Part shown: positions 25,438 through 29,567 of the stretch, one piece after another
Layout: each line of letters begins with the position of its first letter
Position numbering within the stretch: the stretch's first letter is position 1
NCBI GenBank assembly: GCA_028276075.1
Contig: JAPYXA010000001.1
Coordinates: 1-29,567, forward strand
Length of the DNA: 29,567 bases
From: Minisyncoccota bacterium
GTDB lineage: Bacteria > Patescibacteriota > Minisyncoccia > UBA6257 > HR35
Reading direction: 5' to 3'
Program-made: the position numbers and the translations under genes
Notes under the pieces: model-generated
Seen by the model: the letters and a program-made list of their open reading frames with translations, nothing else
What the model was told of the DNA's origin: nothing
Databases searched by the model: none

Positions 25438-27177
25438 TTAGCATACTTTAAAGGTTTTTATAAATTCCACAAATAAAGGATGAGGGTGTAAAAATCTTGA
25501 TTTAAGTTCTGGATGAAATTGAGTACCTAAAAAGAAAGGATGAGTAGATTCTGGAAGTTCTATTATTTCTACTAATAAACCTTTTCCTGAGATTCCTGAA
25601 AAAATTAGTCCATTCTTTTGTAAAATTTTGTGAAATTTAGGATTAACTTCATAGCGATGACGATGTCTCTCTAAAATTAAATTTTTTCCATAAGCTCTCC
25701 AAGCAATTGTCTCTTTTTTAATTTCACAACTCCAGTCTCCAAGTCTCATTGTGCCTCCATATAGTTTTCCTTTTAGAAATCTCTTTTGCTCTTGTAAAAT
25801 ATCAATCACTGGGTATTTTGTTTTTGGATTAACTTCGGTAGTATGCGCATTTTTTAGACCACAAACATTTCTTGCAAATTCAACAACCATAAGCTGTAGG
25901 CCATAACATAAACCTAAAATAGGAATCTTATTTTTTCGACAATATTTTATAGCTAAAATTTTACCTTCTATTCCCCTAGAACCAAAACCACCAGGAATGA
26001 TTATACCTTGATAATTTTTCAATTCAGAAAGTTTATTTTTATCTTTCTCATATTCTTCTGAATTCAACCAGTTTATAATAGGCTTATATCCTAAATGCCA
26101 ACTAGCATGCTTAATAGCTTCTATTACGGAAATATAAGAATCTGACAAAACAAAATCTCCTGTTTTAAAATATTTTCCTACAATTCCAATTTTTATTTCC
26201 TTATTTAATTTTTCAATTTTTTCAATTTCCTTTTCCCAAAAAATGTACTCATATAAATAAAAAGCAGATTTATGAGAATCTTTTTTGTCTGTTTTTATCA
26301 GTTTAGCACTATCACCTCTCATTAGCTCATTTTTGTCCTTAATAATTCTTTCAGAATCCTTAATAAGGGGCGATAAACCCAAGCTCTTTAAAATCTTTTT
26401 TCCTATTTTTTCTTTTTCAAAATTTAAAGGAATTTTATAAATAACCTTTTCATCAGGTGCTGATATGATATTCTCTTGTGGGATACCGCAATTGAAAGCA
26501 ATTTTTTCTTTTCTTTTGTTGTCTAAAGAATATATAGCTCTAGCTAAAATAAAATCAGGATTAAGACCTGCGGAATTTAGTGTTCTTATAGCATATTGCG
26601 TAGGTTTAGTTTTTAATTCTCCCCCTTCCCCTTGATACGGCAAATAACTAACCAAAATCAAAACAACATCTTTAGGATTTTTAAATTTTAAAATTCTAAC
26701 AGCTTCTAAAAAAAGTAAATTTTGATATTCGCCTATTGTTCCTCCAATTTCAGTAAGAACTATATCTGCTCCTGTTAACTTCTGAGCTTTTTGGATTTTT
26801 TCTATAACTTCAAGAGGAACATGAGGAACAACTTCTACGCACTTGCCATCAAAATACAAACTTCTTTCTTTCTCAATCAAAGATAAATAAACACTTCCTG
26901 TTGTCATATAGTTTTCTTTTGTTAACTCTTGATTTAAAAATCTTTCGTAATGACCCATATCTTGATCACACTCTGTACCATCTTTTAAAACAAATACTTC
27001 TCCATGTTCAACTGGGTTCATAGTACCAGCATCTACATTAACATAAGGATCAATTTTTATACAAGTTACTTTATAGCCATACCATTTTAAAATAGTTGCT
27101 ATAGAAGCAGTGGCTATTCCTTTACCAACTCCAGACATAACTCCTCCACAAATAAAAATATACTTTGGCGTTTTCAT
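25438..27177 (-). CDS. pyrG: CTP synthase
   Basis: GGVMSGVGKG, KIDPYVNVDAGTMNPVEHGEVFV, GLCYG, RHRHRYEVN, QFHPE; elongated interdomain linker. Confidence 0.97.
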   Translation of the reverse strand: MKTPKYIFICGGVMSGVGKGIATASIATILKWYGYKVTCIKIDPYVNVDAGTMNPVEHGEVFVLKDGTECDQDMGHYERFLNQELTKENYMTTGSVYLSLIEKERSLYFDGKCVEVVPHVPLEVIEKIQKAQKLTGADIVLTEIGGTIGEYQNLLFLEAVRILKFKNPKDVVLILVSYLPYQGEGGELKTKPTQYAIRTLNSAGLNPDFILARAIYSLDNKRKEKIAFNCGIPQENIISAPDEKVIYKIPLNFEKEKIGKKILKSLGLSPLIKDSERIIKDKNELMRGDSAKLIKTDKKDSHKSAFYLYEYIFWEKEIEKIEKLNKEIKIGIVGKYFKTGDFVLSDSYISVIEAIKHASWHLGYKPIINWLNSEEYEKDKNKLSELKNYQGIIIPGGFGSRGIEGKILAIKYCRKNKIPILGLCYGLQLMVVEFARNVCGLKNAHTTEVNPKTKYPVIDILQEQKRFLKGKLYGGTMRLGDWSCEIKKETIAWRAYGKNLILERHRHRYEVNPKFHKILQKNGLIFSGISGKGLLVEIIELPESTHPFFLGTQFHPELKSRFLHPHPLFVEFIKTFKVC

Positions 27178-27237
27178 TTTATATAAAAACTATTTATTTT
27201 ATTCCAAATTAATTTAAAAATTAAAAATTATTTTAAA

Positions 27238-27489
27238 TTATCTAAACATAGTTAAAAGATTCGCTTCATTTTCTTTAAATTCTAAAATAGCATCGTTTAA
27301 TAAATCAAGTTCCTCGATATCATCATTTTCATTTCTAAATCTTATCTTCCCGCTATTTACAACAGTAATTATAGGACAATGATTGGGTAAAATAGATATC
27401 TCACCTAAAGGAGTAGACAATATTAAGGATTTAATATCCTTTTGGAAATAAGTTCCATCTATATCAATTAATTTTAATTTAAAAGTCAT
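27238..27489 (-). CDS. atpC: F1 ATP synthase epsilon (N-terminal beta-sandwich only)
   Basis: TPLGEISILPNH motif; directly downstream of atpD; 83 aa. Confidence 0.85.
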   Translation of the reverse strand: MTFKLKLIDIDGTYFQKDIKSLILSTPLGEISILPNHCPIITVVNSGKIRFRNENDDIEELDLLNDAILEFKENEANLLTMFR

Positions 27490-27509
27490 TTATTGAATAA
27501 TTTAAATTT

Positions 27510-29567
<2,058 letters not shown>

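Noticed and set aside
27238-27489. atpC as a truncated pseudogene
   Set aside because: Epsilon subunits lacking the C-terminal helices are known in several lineages, and no downstream remnant is visible.

Overview
Very AT-rich bacterial chromosome segment read in standard code 11, with no Shine-Dalgarno motifs at the starts inspected. The gene set suggests a Patescibacteria/CPR (Parcubacteria-like) genome (inference from an archaeal-type UMP kinase, a short ATP synthase epsilon and secreted proteins of unknown function). Left (1-5.7 kb): a truncated surface protein, yjbQ, a secreted protein, uppP, a frameshifted corA and a metal ABC ATPase/permease. Centre (5.86-18.42 kb): a tandem array anchored at the 3' end of tRNA-Asn(GTT). 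An identical 32-bp sequence occurs at 6578, 17600 and 18322, with a fourth, internally deleted copy near 5.9 kb. These junctions delimit three co-oriented, integrase-less units: hicBA (~0.69 kb); a three-gene operon of PLD-SNF2 helicase, m6A methyltransferase and a 1155-aa unknown protein, plus a phage-like relic (11.0 kb); and a PIN toxin-antitoxin pair (0.72 kb). The junctions retain a protein-coding frame running through the putative att site. Right (18.5-29.6 kb): eamA, galU, pyrH, a divergent DAHP-synthase-like gene, a Qng1-like queuosine salvage gene next to tgt, a twin-arginine lysozyme-like protein, pyrG with an insertion, and atpC/atpD/atpG. AtpD lacks about 7 residues of a conserved core strand.
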